A stretch of DNA of 15,672 nucleotides, taken from Armatimonadota bacterium (GTDB lineage: Bacteria; Armatimonadota; UBA10988). Shown here in pieces: positions 7,380 through 15,090 of the stretch. Position numbers and translations under genes: made by a program. The notes below the pieces were generated by a model. It was not told where the DNA came from. It worked only from the letters and a program-made list of their open reading frames with translations, and did not search any database. The DNA lies in the NCBI GenBank assembly GCA_016235455.1, contig JACRKZ010000075.1, positions 1 through 15,672 of the forward strand, in the 5' to 3' direction. Numbering within the stretch: the first letter of the stretch is position 1; each line of letters begins with the position of its first letter.

Positions 7380-7417
7380 AGCATGGCAAACGCTACAGTC
7401 GATGTCAAACAAATTTT
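7380..7417 (-). promoter_or_regulatory. Sigma70-type promoter: TTGACA (7408-7403), 17 nt, CATGCT (7385-7380), with extended TG and an AT-rich upstream tract
   Basis: The minus strand reads aaaatttgtTTGACAtcgactgtagcgttTGcCATGCT: perfect -35, optimal spacing, a TGn motif and a UP-like tract. It lies about 50 nt upstream of the 7327 start. Confidence 0.75.
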
Positions 7418-7440
7418 CGCACTCAACGAGTCGGGCGCGG

Positions 7441-9813
7441 CTACCTGGCCAGTCCCTCCAGCGCGGCCAGCACCTCGGCGCGGACGCGGTCGGCCAGGCC
7501 CCGATCCTTGGGCACCGACCAGGTCAGCGCCGCGCCGGAGTCGGCGGCCAGCACGCGCTGGGGCGCCTCGGTCAGCAGGGCCCTGGCGCGGTCGGTGGCG
7601 GGGCCGGGCTGGGCTTTGGCCACCGCGGCGCGCAGCAGCGTCAAGTACTCGTAGTCGAAGCGGCCTTCGCGGATGGCCTCCATGTGCTTGGAGGTCTGGC
7701 AGCCACGGTCGTCGAGGAACTGCGGGCTGAAGCACGTGCCGCCGACCTGGCCCTCGCGCCAGGCTGAGCCGCCGCCGTTGTCGCCAAAGGCCCAGAAGCC
7801 CTCGTGGACGGCGCCGATGCGGAAGCAATCCCAGGCCTGGAGCAGATGATAGTTATAGGGGTCGAGGCTGCGCACCGGGCCCGAGCAGCTGTACAACGCG
7901 AGTTGGCGGCCGGCGGCCCGCTGCGCGGGATAGACAGCCTCGAACTCGGCGCGGTGGTCGAGCCACATGGGCCGGTTAGGGCACAGCATGGTGGCCGCGC
8001 TGAGCATCTCGGGCGTGGCCTGGCGCGGGTCGTCCCAGGTCGGGTCCTCGAAGACCACGACCTCGGGCGCCGCCTGCCGCACGATGCCGGCCCAACTGAC
8101 GATGGCCGCGTCCTGTTGCTTGTCATGCGGCTCGTCCAGCAGCAGTAGCAGCAGCCTTGCCGGGTCGACGCCCCGGGCGCGCAGGTGGCTGGCCCAGAAA
8201 CGGATCCAGGAAGCCACCCGCGCGCGCGCCGCGGGCGTGTCGGCCACGGGCTCATCGACCGCGTTGAACACGCAGTAGAACCGCGCGCTGGGCCAACGCG
8301 CCAGCCAGGCGTCCATGCGCACCGTGCTCGGCGGCCGGGTCTGCTGTCCGGCGGCATCGTACTCACCAAACGGCATCACCGCGCCCGTGGCCCACGGCGC
8401 ATCGACGCGGTGCTCCTGCAGGAAGCTGACCACCTCGGGCAGGTTCTCGGCCGTGACGCCGCGGCCCGGCCCGTCGGTGTAGTCCCAGCCGCCCAGTGAC
8501 AGACTGAGCTGGTCGGGCATGGCCAGCCGCGACACATGCACGCTGATCGGCACCCGCAGCGCGGGCACACCGTCGCCGCTGATCAGCAGCGCGCCACGAT
8601 GGTCGCCGGGCGCCAGCTTGGTGGCGTCCACGCCGAACCACACCTGCCGCGTCATGCCGCTGGGCAAGGTGACCTGGCGATCAGCCGCGGTGGGCAGTGC
8701 GCAGGCGACCGCGCCGCCGCCTTTGGTCATCGTCCAGGCCACGGGCTGCACGGTCAGCCAGGCGGGTCGAGGGCCGCCGGGCAGGCCTTCGGCAGCCACG
8801 TTGAGCAGGATGTCGCGGTCGGCGGCGCTGGTCAGGTTGATCACGTCGCCGCGCACTTCGCCGCGCAGCAGGCCAAAGGCCAGGACCGCCTTGGGCGCCT
8901 CGGCCGGCGGCTCCTGGCCGAGCGCCAACGGATCCCAGCGATGGGTCTGCCAGCAGCGCAGCGCGGGTTTGCCCTGCGCGCGCCACAGCGCGGCGCGCAC
9001 GGCCAGCACGCGCCGGTCAGCCTCGCCGAGCGGTAGCGTGGGCCGGTCGTCGGTGGGCGCCAGGCCATCGAGGCCCTGCTCGGCCAGGGCCAGGTCGGCC
9101 AGCAGTCGGTCGCGCACAGCGGCCGTCGGCGCGCTCTCGGCGATGGCGCGGCGGATGCGCTGCGCCTCGCCGGCGATCACCTGGGTGACGTAGAGGTGCT
9201 GGGTCACGGCTGCGTCCAGGCTGGCCGCGGCCTGGCCCCGCGGCGCCTGGCTCAGCAGGGCGTCGGGCCCGCTGTAGACCTCTACCTCGTCGCAGAAGAT
9301 GTACGGTCCGGGCGAGGAGACGACGAAGGCGACATAGCGGCCGTGGGTGGCCAGCTTGTCGGTCCAGTAGCGGTGGGTGGCGTACTCGGCGGGCGGCTCG
9401 GCCTCGCGACTCTGAGACACCAGGTCGCCCGCGCGGTACCAGTGCGCACCATCGTCGGAGACCAGCAGCAAGAGGGCCGTGGGCCACTCCACCCCGGCGC
9501 GGCCCGCCGCGCAGTGGTAACTGGCGCCGGCGATAGGCCGCACGGAGCCCAGATCTACCACGACCCGCGGACTGGCGCCGCCCTGCCAGCCGACGGTGGT
9601 GGGCTGGGTCCAGAAGTAGCCTTCCGTGTAGACGCCGTCCGTCAGCAGCTTGCCGTCGTCGTCGGCGCTGCACAAGGCGTAGTTGGGCTTGGGCGACAGC
9701 GTGTACGGGCGGCCCGCGGCCAGATTCGGGCCTGGCCGCTGCCACTGGGCGGGGCTGGGCTCGACGGCAGCGGCGCAGGACAGGGCCAGACTGACCAAGG
9801 CGGACAGGACCAT
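7441..9813 (-). CDS. Secreted glycoside-hydrolase-like protein: discoidin/F5-8 (CBM32-like) domain plus DUF4091/GH123-like catalytic region
   Basis: Start moved from 9900 to ATG 9813 (GGAGA SD; hydrophobic leader MVLSALVSLALSCAAA). Discoidin motifs NLAAGRPY, LTDG, VVVDLG, VSDDG..W, GRYV and DEVEVY. LLDEP acidic pair. C-terminal DUF4091-type SKHMEAIREGRFDYEYL. Confidence 0.75.
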   Translation of the reverse strand: MVLSALVSLALSCAAAVEPSPAQWQRPGPNLAAGRPYTLSPKPNYALCSADDDGKLLTDGVYTEGYFWTQPTTVGWQGGASPRVVVDLGSVRPIAGASYHCAAGRAGVEWPTALLLLVSDDGAHWYRAGDLVSQSREAEPPAEYATHRYWTDKLATHGRYVAFVVSSPGPYIFCDEVEVYSGPDALLSQAPRGQAAASLDAAVTQHLYVTQVIAGEAQRIRRAIAESAPTAAVRDRLLADLALAEQGLDGLAPTDDRPTLPLGEADRRVLAVRAALWRAQGKPALRCWQTHRWDPLALGQEPPAEAPKAVLAFGLLRGEVRGDVINLTSAADRDILLNVAAEGLPGGPRPAWLTVQPVAWTMTKGGGAVACALPTAADRQVTLPSGMTRQVWFGVDATKLAPGDHRGALLISGDGVPALRVPISVHVSRLAMPDQLSLSLGGWDYTDGPGRGVTAENLPEVVSFLQEHRVDAPWATGAVMPFGEYDAAGQQTRPPSTVRMDAWLARWPSARFYCVFNAVDEPVADTPAARARVASWIRFWASHLRARGVDPARLLLLLLDEPHDKQQDAAIVSWAGIVRQAAPEVVVFEDPTWDDPRQATPEMLSAATMLCPNRPMWLDHRAEFEAVYPAQRAAGRQLALYSCSGPVRSLDPYNYHLLQAWDCFRIGAVHEGFWAFGDNGGGSAWREGQVGGTCFSPQFLDDRGCQTSKHMEAIREGRFDYEYLTLLRAAVAKAQPGPATDRARALLTEAPQRVLAADSGAALTWSVPKDRGLADRVRAEVLAALEGLAR

Positions 9814-9821
9814 GGCGGCTT

Positions 9822-9859
9822 CTCCGGGCAGCAGAGCGAGTCTACTCCGTTGCCCGGAG
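9822..9859. repeat. Perfect 9-bp inverted repeat CTCCGGGCA-N20-TGCCCGGAG
   Basis: Arms at 9822-9830 and 9851-9859, read directly from the sequence. One arm contains the SD of the 9813 gene. Confidence 0.7.
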
Positions 9860-9868
9860 CGCGCACAA
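9839..9868 (-). promoter_or_regulatory. Putative sigma70 promoter TTGTGC-N18-TAGACT for the 9813 gene
   Basis: -35-like box at 9868-9863 and -10-like TAGACT at 9844-9839, inside the 102-bp intergenic region. Confidence 0.45.
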
Positions 9869-9915
9869 GGCAGGGCCGCCGCCGATTGGTGGCGCACCAC
9901 GCCCCAGGCATCAGG

Positions 9916-11307
9916 TCAACTCGCGCCGGCCGCCACCCGGCGCACAGCCCCAGCCACCTGCTCGCAGACGCCTTCCTGGAAGACGCTGGGGATGATCAGC
10001 TCGGGGCACAGCGCCTTCTCGGCCACAGTGGCGGCCAGGGCCTTGGCGGCGGCGATGAGCATGGGCTGCGTGACATGCGGCACACGCGAGTCCAGCAGGC
10101 CGCGGAAGATACCGGGGAAGGCCACGGCGTTGTTGACCTGGTTGGGGAAGTCGCTGCGGCCCGTGGCCAGCACGCCGGCGATCTCCATCGCGCCTTGCGG
10201 GTCCACTTCGGGGGTCGGGTTGGCCAACGCAAAGACGATGGGCGACGGCGCCATGGCCCGCAGTGCCTCCACGGCCAGCACGTTCGGGCCGGACACGCCG
10301 ATGAACACGTCGGCGCCGCGCAGCGCGTCTTCCAGGCTGCCGGTGCAGTTGTCGCGGTTGGTCTGCTGGGCGATAGCGGTCTTGTAGCTGTTCATGCCCG
10401 CGGTGCGGCCGGCGTGGATGGCGCCCTTGGTGTCGCACAGGATCAGGTCGCCCACGCCAAACGACATGAGCAGCTTGGCCACTGCCATGCCCGCGGCACC
10501 GGCGCCGCTGATGACCACCTTGGTCTGGGCCAACTCGCGGCCGGTGACGCGCAGCGCGTTGGTCAGGCCGGCCGCCACCACCACGGCCGTGCCGTGCTGG
10601 TCGTCGTGGAAGACGGGGATGTCCAGCTCCGCCTGCAGCCGCTCCTCGACGACGAAGCAGCGCGGCGCGCTGATGTCTTCGAGGTTGATGCCGCCGAAGA
10701 CCGGCGCCACCGCCTTGACCGTGGCCACGATCTCGTCGACGTCCTGGGTGTTCAGACACAGCGGGAAGGCATCGATGTTGGCGAACTCCTTAAAGAGCAT
10801 CGCCTTGCCTTCCATGACGGGCAGCGCGCCATAGGGCCCGATGTTGCCCAGGCCGAGCACCGCTGAGCCGTCCGACACCACGGCCACGGTGTTGGCCTTG
10901 ATGGTGTAGCGATAGACCGCCGCCATGTCGTTCTTGACCCGCGTGCAGACGCGCGCCACGCCCGGTGTATAGGCGCGAGAGAGCGCATCGCGGTCCTTGA
11001 TCGGTTGCTTGTTGACGACCGCGATCTTGCCGCCGCGGTGCAGGGCGAAGGTGCGGTCCTGCCAGTTCAGCAGGTCGACCTCGGGCACGGCGGCCACGGC
11101 ATCGGCGATGCGCTGCTGATGGTCCTCGTCCCAGGCCTCCACCTCGATGGAGCGGGTGGTCGAGCCGTTCTCGGTGACGACGATATGCACGTCTCGGATG
11201 AGCCCTTCGACGGCTCCGATGGCTGCGGTGATCTGGGCCAACATGCCCGGTCGACTGGGGTAACGAACCTCCAGAGTGAGGCTCGTGCTCGGACTTACGA
11301 CTGCCAT
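9916..11307 (-). CDS. NAD(P)-dependent malic enzyme with N-terminal ACT domain
   Basis: Motifs AYTPGVA, VSDGSAVLGLGNIG, PVMEGKA.LFK, INLEDI.APRCF, FHDDQHGTA, GAGAAG, FALANP.PE and TGRSDFPNQVNN. ACT-like N-terminus (RPGMLAQI..AI....G.I). SD GAAAGGT. Confidence 0.96.
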   Translation of the reverse strand: MAVVSPSTSLTLEVRYPSRPGMLAQITAAIGAVEGLIRDVHIVVTENGSTTRSIEVEAWDEDHQQRIADAVAAVPEVDLLNWQDRTFALHRGGKIAVVNKQPIKDRDALSRAYTPGVARVCTRVKNDMAAVYRYTIKANTVAVVSDGSAVLGLGNIGPYGALPVMEGKAMLFKEFANIDAFPLCLNTQDVDEIVATVKAVAPVFGGINLEDISAPRCFVVEERLQAELDIPVFHDDQHGTAVVVAAGLTNALRVTGRELAQTKVVISGAGAAGMAVAKLLMSFGVGDLILCDTKGAIHAGRTAGMNSYKTAIAQQTNRDNCTGSLEDALRGADVFIGVSGPNVLAVEALRAMAPSPIVFALANPTPEVDPQGAMEIAGVLATGRSDFPNQVNNAVAFPGIFRGLLDSRVPHVTQPMLIAAAKALAATVAEKALCPELIIPSVFQEGVCEQVAGAVRRVAAGAS

Positions 11308-11333
11308 GGTACGACCTTTCGACGCGGGCCGGC

Positions 11334-12584
11334 CTAGTAGGCCGCCACACGCCCCACGCCACCACCGCGGGCCGCTGCGGCCACGCGCTGGACATTCATG
11401 AACCCGGCCTCGGCCAGGGCGCTCAGGATCTGGGCGATATGCTCTTCGCCGCGCGTCTCGAGGGTCAAGGTGGTCTCGGTCTGGCCCATGCCGGCATCGC
11501 CAAAGGGCCGGTCGTGCAGCACGTCCAGCACGTTGGCCTCCAGGTCGGCCAGCACGCCGGTGAGGCGGTGTAGCTGGCCCGGCACGTCGGGCATGACCGC
11601 CTGCAGCCGCACCCGGCGGCCATCGGCGGCCAGGCCGCGGCAGATGATATCGTCGAGCCGGCTGCTGTCGATGTTGCCACCTGAGATGAGCAGCACGGTC
11701 GGGCTGGTCAGGCTCACGCGGCCCGCCAGCAGCGCCCCCAGGGGCGCGGCGGCGGCGCCTTCGGCCAAGGTCTTGTGCCGTTCCAGCAGGATCAGCACCG
11801 ACCTGGCGATGGTCTCCTCGTCAACCGTTACGACCTCGTCCACGTACGTCCTCGCGTAGCTCAGGGTGCGCTCCGACACGCGCTTCACGGCGATGCCGTC
11901 GGCAATGGGCGGCGCACCCGGCGCGGCTACCACACCGCCGGCCGACAAGCTGGCCAGCAGCGTGCTGTAGCCCTCGGCCTCCACCCCGACGATGCGCACC
12001 CCGGGCCGCAGGGACTTGACCGCCAGCGCCACGCCGCCGATCAGCCCGCCGCCGCCCACGGGCACCAGGATGGTCCCCACCTCGGGCACCTGAGACACGA
12101 TCTCGAGGCCGCAGGTGCCTTGCCCGCGGATCACGTCGTCGTTGTCGAACGCCGAGACGAAGACCATGCCCTGCTCGGCCGCGCGGCGCTCTGCCTCGGC
12201 ATACGCTTCATCGAAGCTCTGCCCGAACAGCACCACCTGGCCACCGAGTTCGCGCACGGTGTTGACCTTGATCAGCGGTGTATGCAACGGCATGACCAAC
12301 ACCGCCGGAACACCCAGTCGCCGGGCATGGCTGGCCACGGCCTGAGCATGGTTACCGGCCGAGGCGGTGATGACTCCCGCGGCGCGCTCGGCGGGCGTCA
12401 GACCCTCCAACCGCACACAGGCGCCGCGCTCCTTGAACGAACCCGTGGGCTGGAGGTTCTCCAGCTTGAGGTTCACCGGCTGGCCGAACCAGTCGCTGAA
12501 CACACGGCTCGGCCGGCAGGGCGTCGGCGAGAGAGTCGGCCGGATGGTCTCGGCCGCCGAGAGGACATCACTCAGTTGCAGCAT
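11334..12584 (-). CDS. ilvA: Threonine ammonia-lyase (PLP-dependent, form with a single C-terminal ACT domain)
   Basis: Motifs KLENLQPTGSFKERG (PLP lysine), ASAGNHAQ, GQGT.GLE, VGGGGL, IADGIAV and SGGNID. C-terminal ACT domain (PDVPGQL...ANVLDV.HDR...LETRG). Biosynthetic versus catabolic (tdcB-like) role cannot be decided from sequence. Confidence 0.94.
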   Translation of the reverse strand: MLQLSDVLSAAETIRPTLSPTPCRPSRVFSDWFGQPVNLKLENLQPTGSFKERGACVRLEGLTPAERAAGVITASAGNHAQAVASHARRLGVPAVLVMPLHTPLIKVNTVRELGGQVVLFGQSFDEAYAEAERRAAEQGMVFVSAFDNDDVIRGQGTCGLEIVSQVPEVGTILVPVGGGGLIGGVALAVKSLRPGVRIVGVEAEGYSTLLASLSAGGVVAAPGAPPIADGIAVKRVSERTLSYARTYVDEVVTVDEETIARSVLILLERHKTLAEGAAAAPLGALLAGRVSLTSPTVLLISGGNIDSSRLDDIICRGLAADGRRVRLQAVMPDVPGQLHRLTGVLADLEANVLDVLHDRPFGDAGMGQTETTLTLETRGEEHIAQILSALAEAGFMNVQRVAAAARGGGVGRVAAY

Positions 12585-12596
12585 GGCTCGATTCTA
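12585..12596 (-). promoter_or_regulatory. Putative -10 box TAGAAT for a leaderless ilvA transcript
   Basis: The minus strand reads TAGAATcgagccATG: a 5/6 -10 match 6 nt before the ATG with no SD. The TAG is also the stop codon of the upstream gene. Confidence 0.55.
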
Positions 12597-14021
12597 GCGC
12601 GGAATCGCGGCCAGATCCAAACGGTACATCATCTGGTTGTAGTCATAGCGCGGCGTGGCCTCGCCTTGGCGGCTGAAGGTCGTGGCGTAGGTGCCTTCGA
12701 AGTAGACGTAACGCCCGCCGTCGCCATCCAGGAACTCGTCCTGGCGCGGGTTGTAGAAGCTGTACTTGTCGTGGGTCAGAACCTTGCGGGCCGTGGTCCA
12801 GGGACCGGTGGCCTCTGGTGCGGTGGCATACCACACCTCGCCCAGGAACGATGGCCCGCCGTAGTTCTGCACGCCGATCATCACCCACTGCTTGAGGTAC
12901 GCGTTGTAGCGCACCGTGCCGGTGTGGATGGAGACGGGCTTGCCGCCGTCGACATCGCGCACCTGGAAGCGCGCCTGGTCGGCGCGCAGCGTGCCGTTCT
13001 TGATCAGTTCGGCCTCACGCTCCTGGGTGATCGGCTTGGCCGCCGGCCGCCAGGCGTAGCCGTCGGCGGCCGGCAGATAGGCCTCGTAGCTGTCCAGCTT
13101 GACGATGGCTTCGGCCGTGGCGCGGCAGCGCAACACCGGCCAGGGCGCGCCAAAATAGCAGAAGCCGTCGCGCACATAAGGCTGGCCAAACGGATGCCAG
13201 TCGATCTTGGGCTCCCACCGGGTGACCGGCTCGAAGACATTCCTCTCGTCGTTCCACATGCCGATGCCCTGGGTCTTGGGGGCCATGTTGGCGTCGACCT
13301 TGGACCAGCAGCAGAACAGCCGCTCGCGGCCTTGGGCGTCGGGCAGCGCAACCACGGACTCCAGCCAGACCGGTCCGCCCGGCCCTTCGATCGGACACAT
13401 GCCCTTGACGAAGCCCTTGCCGTCGCCGAAGTAGGTCAGGTTGACGCCAAGCTCGGGCGACAGACCGCCCTGGCCCGGCAGGTCGGACACGGCACCGGTG
13501 GTGTTGAAGTTGCCCAGCGGGTAGCCGACGCGATTGGTGTCGCCCCAGAACCAGTAGATGCGGCCGCGGTACACCGCCGGCACACAGGAGTCCTGGCCCA
13601 GCACGCCACCGTTGAGCAGCGGCTGCGCGATGGGCACGCGCTCGCCAAGCTGCACACTGTCCGCGTAGATGCCTGCGCCAGTGATGCGGTACAGTCGCTC
13701 GGCCACGTTGATCCGCTTGATCTTGACGGTGACCCGGCCGCCCGGCGTCACGTCCACGGCCAAGCCGCGGTTGCCAAAGCCGTCCTTGGGGTACTCGTAG
13801 CCGTGGCTGCTGAGGTGGAAGAAGGCGTGCCGCCCCATCAACTCGGGCTCGGTGATGGCCGCCCAGCCGGCGCTGTCGGTCACCCAGCGCCGCTCATGGA
13901 CGCTGCGCACCTCCACCAGCGGCACGCCGCGGCCGGTCTGCTCGTCAATCACGCGCAGACCAAAGGGTGCGGCGTTGGGCTGCCCCAACGACAAGCCGGC
14001 AAGCAACAACAGAGCGGTCAT
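12594..14021 (-). CDS. Secreted hypothetical protein: small N-terminal beta-sandwich plus DUF4185/DUF5005-like beta-propeller
   Basis: Preferred start is ATG 14021 (GGGGA 5 nt upstream; hydrophobic MTALLLLAGLSLG); 14045 is the alternative. LRVIDEQTGRGVP...TDSAG resembles a carboxypeptidase-regulatory-like domain. GQDS....Y.GRIYWFWGDT, W.M, A....GPW and YNP patterns resemble 5-bladed propeller glycosidases. Confidence 0.75.
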   Translation of the reverse strand: MTALLLLAGLSLGQPNAAPFGLRVIDEQTGRGVPLVEVRSVHERRWVTDSAGWAAITEPELMGRHAFFHLSSHGYEYPKDGFGNRGLAVDVTPGGRVTVKIKRINVAERLYRITGAGIYADSVQLGERVPIAQPLLNGGVLGQDSCVPAVYRGRIYWFWGDTNRVGYPLGNFNTTGAVSDLPGQGGLSPELGVNLTYFGDGKGFVKGMCPIEGPGGPVWLESVVALPDAQGRERLFCCWSKVDANMAPKTQGIGMWNDERNVFEPVTRWEPKIDWHPFGQPYVRDGFCYFGAPWPVLRCRATAEAIVKLDSYEAYLPAADGYAWRPAAKPITQEREAELIKNGTLRADQARFQVRDVDGGKPVSIHTGTVRYNAYLKQWVMIGVQNYGGPSFLGEVWYATAPEATGPWTTARKVLTHDKYSFYNPRQDEFLDGDGGRYVYFEGTYATTFSRQGEATPRYDYNQMMYRLDLAAIPR

Positions 14022-14043
14022 GGCAGTCCCCAGCAACTGCTCC

Positions 14044-14052
14044 ATTGTAGCA
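14044..14052 (-). promoter_or_regulatory. Putative extended -10 promoter TGcTACAAT
   Basis: Reads TGCTACAAT on the minus strand, 22 nt upstream of ATG 14021. It overlaps the track's ATG at 14045, which argues for the later start. Confidence 0.55.
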
Positions 14053-14063
14053 GCGCGGGCAAC

Positions 14064-15071
14064 CTAGCCGCCGCCGGCCTTGATCAGCTCCATGGCCAGC
14101 CAGGCCAGGAGAGCGGCTGCGGGCATGGTCAGGACCCACGCCACGACGACATTGGAGACGACCTTCCAGCGCACCGCGCTGAGCCGTCGGGACATGCCCA
14201 CGCCCATGATGGTTGAGGAGATGGTGTGCGTGGTGGAGATCGGGGCGCCAAAGTGCGAAGCGGTCAGGATCACCGCGGCCGCGCTCATCTCGGCCACGCA
14301 ACCATGGATTGGCTGCAGCTCCATGACCTTCCGTCCCACCGTTTTGATGATGCGCCAGCCGCCGGCACCACTACCCAGGCCCATGGCCAGAGCGCAGGCG
14401 AACTTGACCCAGTCGTGGATGACAAAGTCGGTTGCCGCGCCACCACCGTGGGCCAGCGCGGCGCCGCTCGCGATCGCCATCGCAATGATGCCCATGGTCT
14501 TCTGTCCGTCGTTCGAGCCGTGGCTGAAGGCCATCAGGCCGGCCGAGGCGATCTGGGCCAGCCGGAACTTCCTGTTCAGCTCCCGTGGCGCCTTCCGGCC
14601 GAAGATCCACAGGAAGAGGATCATCACCGCGAAAGCCACAGTGATGCCGATCACCGGCGAGATGATCAGGCCGATGAAGACCTTGCGGGTGCCGGCCCAA
14701 TGCAGCACGCCCAAGCCCTTGTAGCCGCCGACCGCGCCGATGATGCCGCCGATGATGGCATGGGTAGAACTGGTCGGCAGACCAAAGTGCCACGTGATCA
14801 GGTCCCAGCCGATAGCACCCAACAGCGCCGCCACCACCACGGCGGCCGTGATATCCGATGGGCTTACCAACCCCTTGCCCATGGTGTGCGCCACGGCGGT
14901 GGAGGAGATGGCGCCGAGAAAGTTCAGGCAGGCGCACATGATCACCGCTGAGCGGATCGACAGCGCCCGCGTCAACACCGAGGTGGCGATGGCATTGGCT
15001 GCGTCGTGGAAGCCGTTCACGTACTCGAAGGCGAGTGCCAGAACGACGACGAGGATGACCCAGGTGTCCAT
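14064..15071 (-). CDS. pit: Inorganic phosphate transporter, PiT family
   Basis: Signature motifs NGFHDAANAIAT, GLPTSSTHAIIG, HGSNDGQKTMG, GGWRIIKTVG and PISTTH. Many transmembrane segments. GGAGG SD. Confidence 0.96.
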   Translation of the reverse strand: MDTWVILVVVLALAFEYVNGFHDAANAIATSVLTRALSIRSAVIMCACLNFLGAISSTAVAHTMGKGLVSPSDITAAVVVAALLGAIGWDLITWHFGLPTSSTHAIIGGIIGAVGGYKGLGVLHWAGTRKVFIGLIISPVIGITVAFAVMILFLWIFGRKAPRELNRKFRLAQIASAGLMAFSHGSNDGQKTMGIIAMAIASGAALAHGGGAATDFVIHDWVKFACALAMGLGSGAGGWRIIKTVGRKVMELQPIHGCVAEMSAAAVILTASHFGAPISTTHTISSTIMGVGMSRRLSAVRWKVVSNVVVAWVLTMPAAALLAWLAMELIKAGGG

Positions 15072-15090
15072 GAGGACCTCCGCGACGAAC

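Noticed and set aside
7418-7434. Hairpin ACTC-N3-GAGT after the GH123-like gene, as an intrinsic terminator
   Set aside because: The stem is too weak. The adjacent AT tract is better explained as part of the promoter.
7328-7828. N-terminal 167 aa of the 508-aa track ORF
   Set aside because: An Arg/Gly-rich off-frame read of the neighbouring gene. A promoter and SD lie just upstream of ATG 7327/7321.
11775-14216. 813-aa plus-strand ORF, and similar long ORFs at 9196-10866, 2107-3705, 4943-6007 and 14740-15630
   Set aside because: They lie antisense to well-supported genes and have no recognisable motifs. Long shadow frames are expected in high-GC coding DNA.
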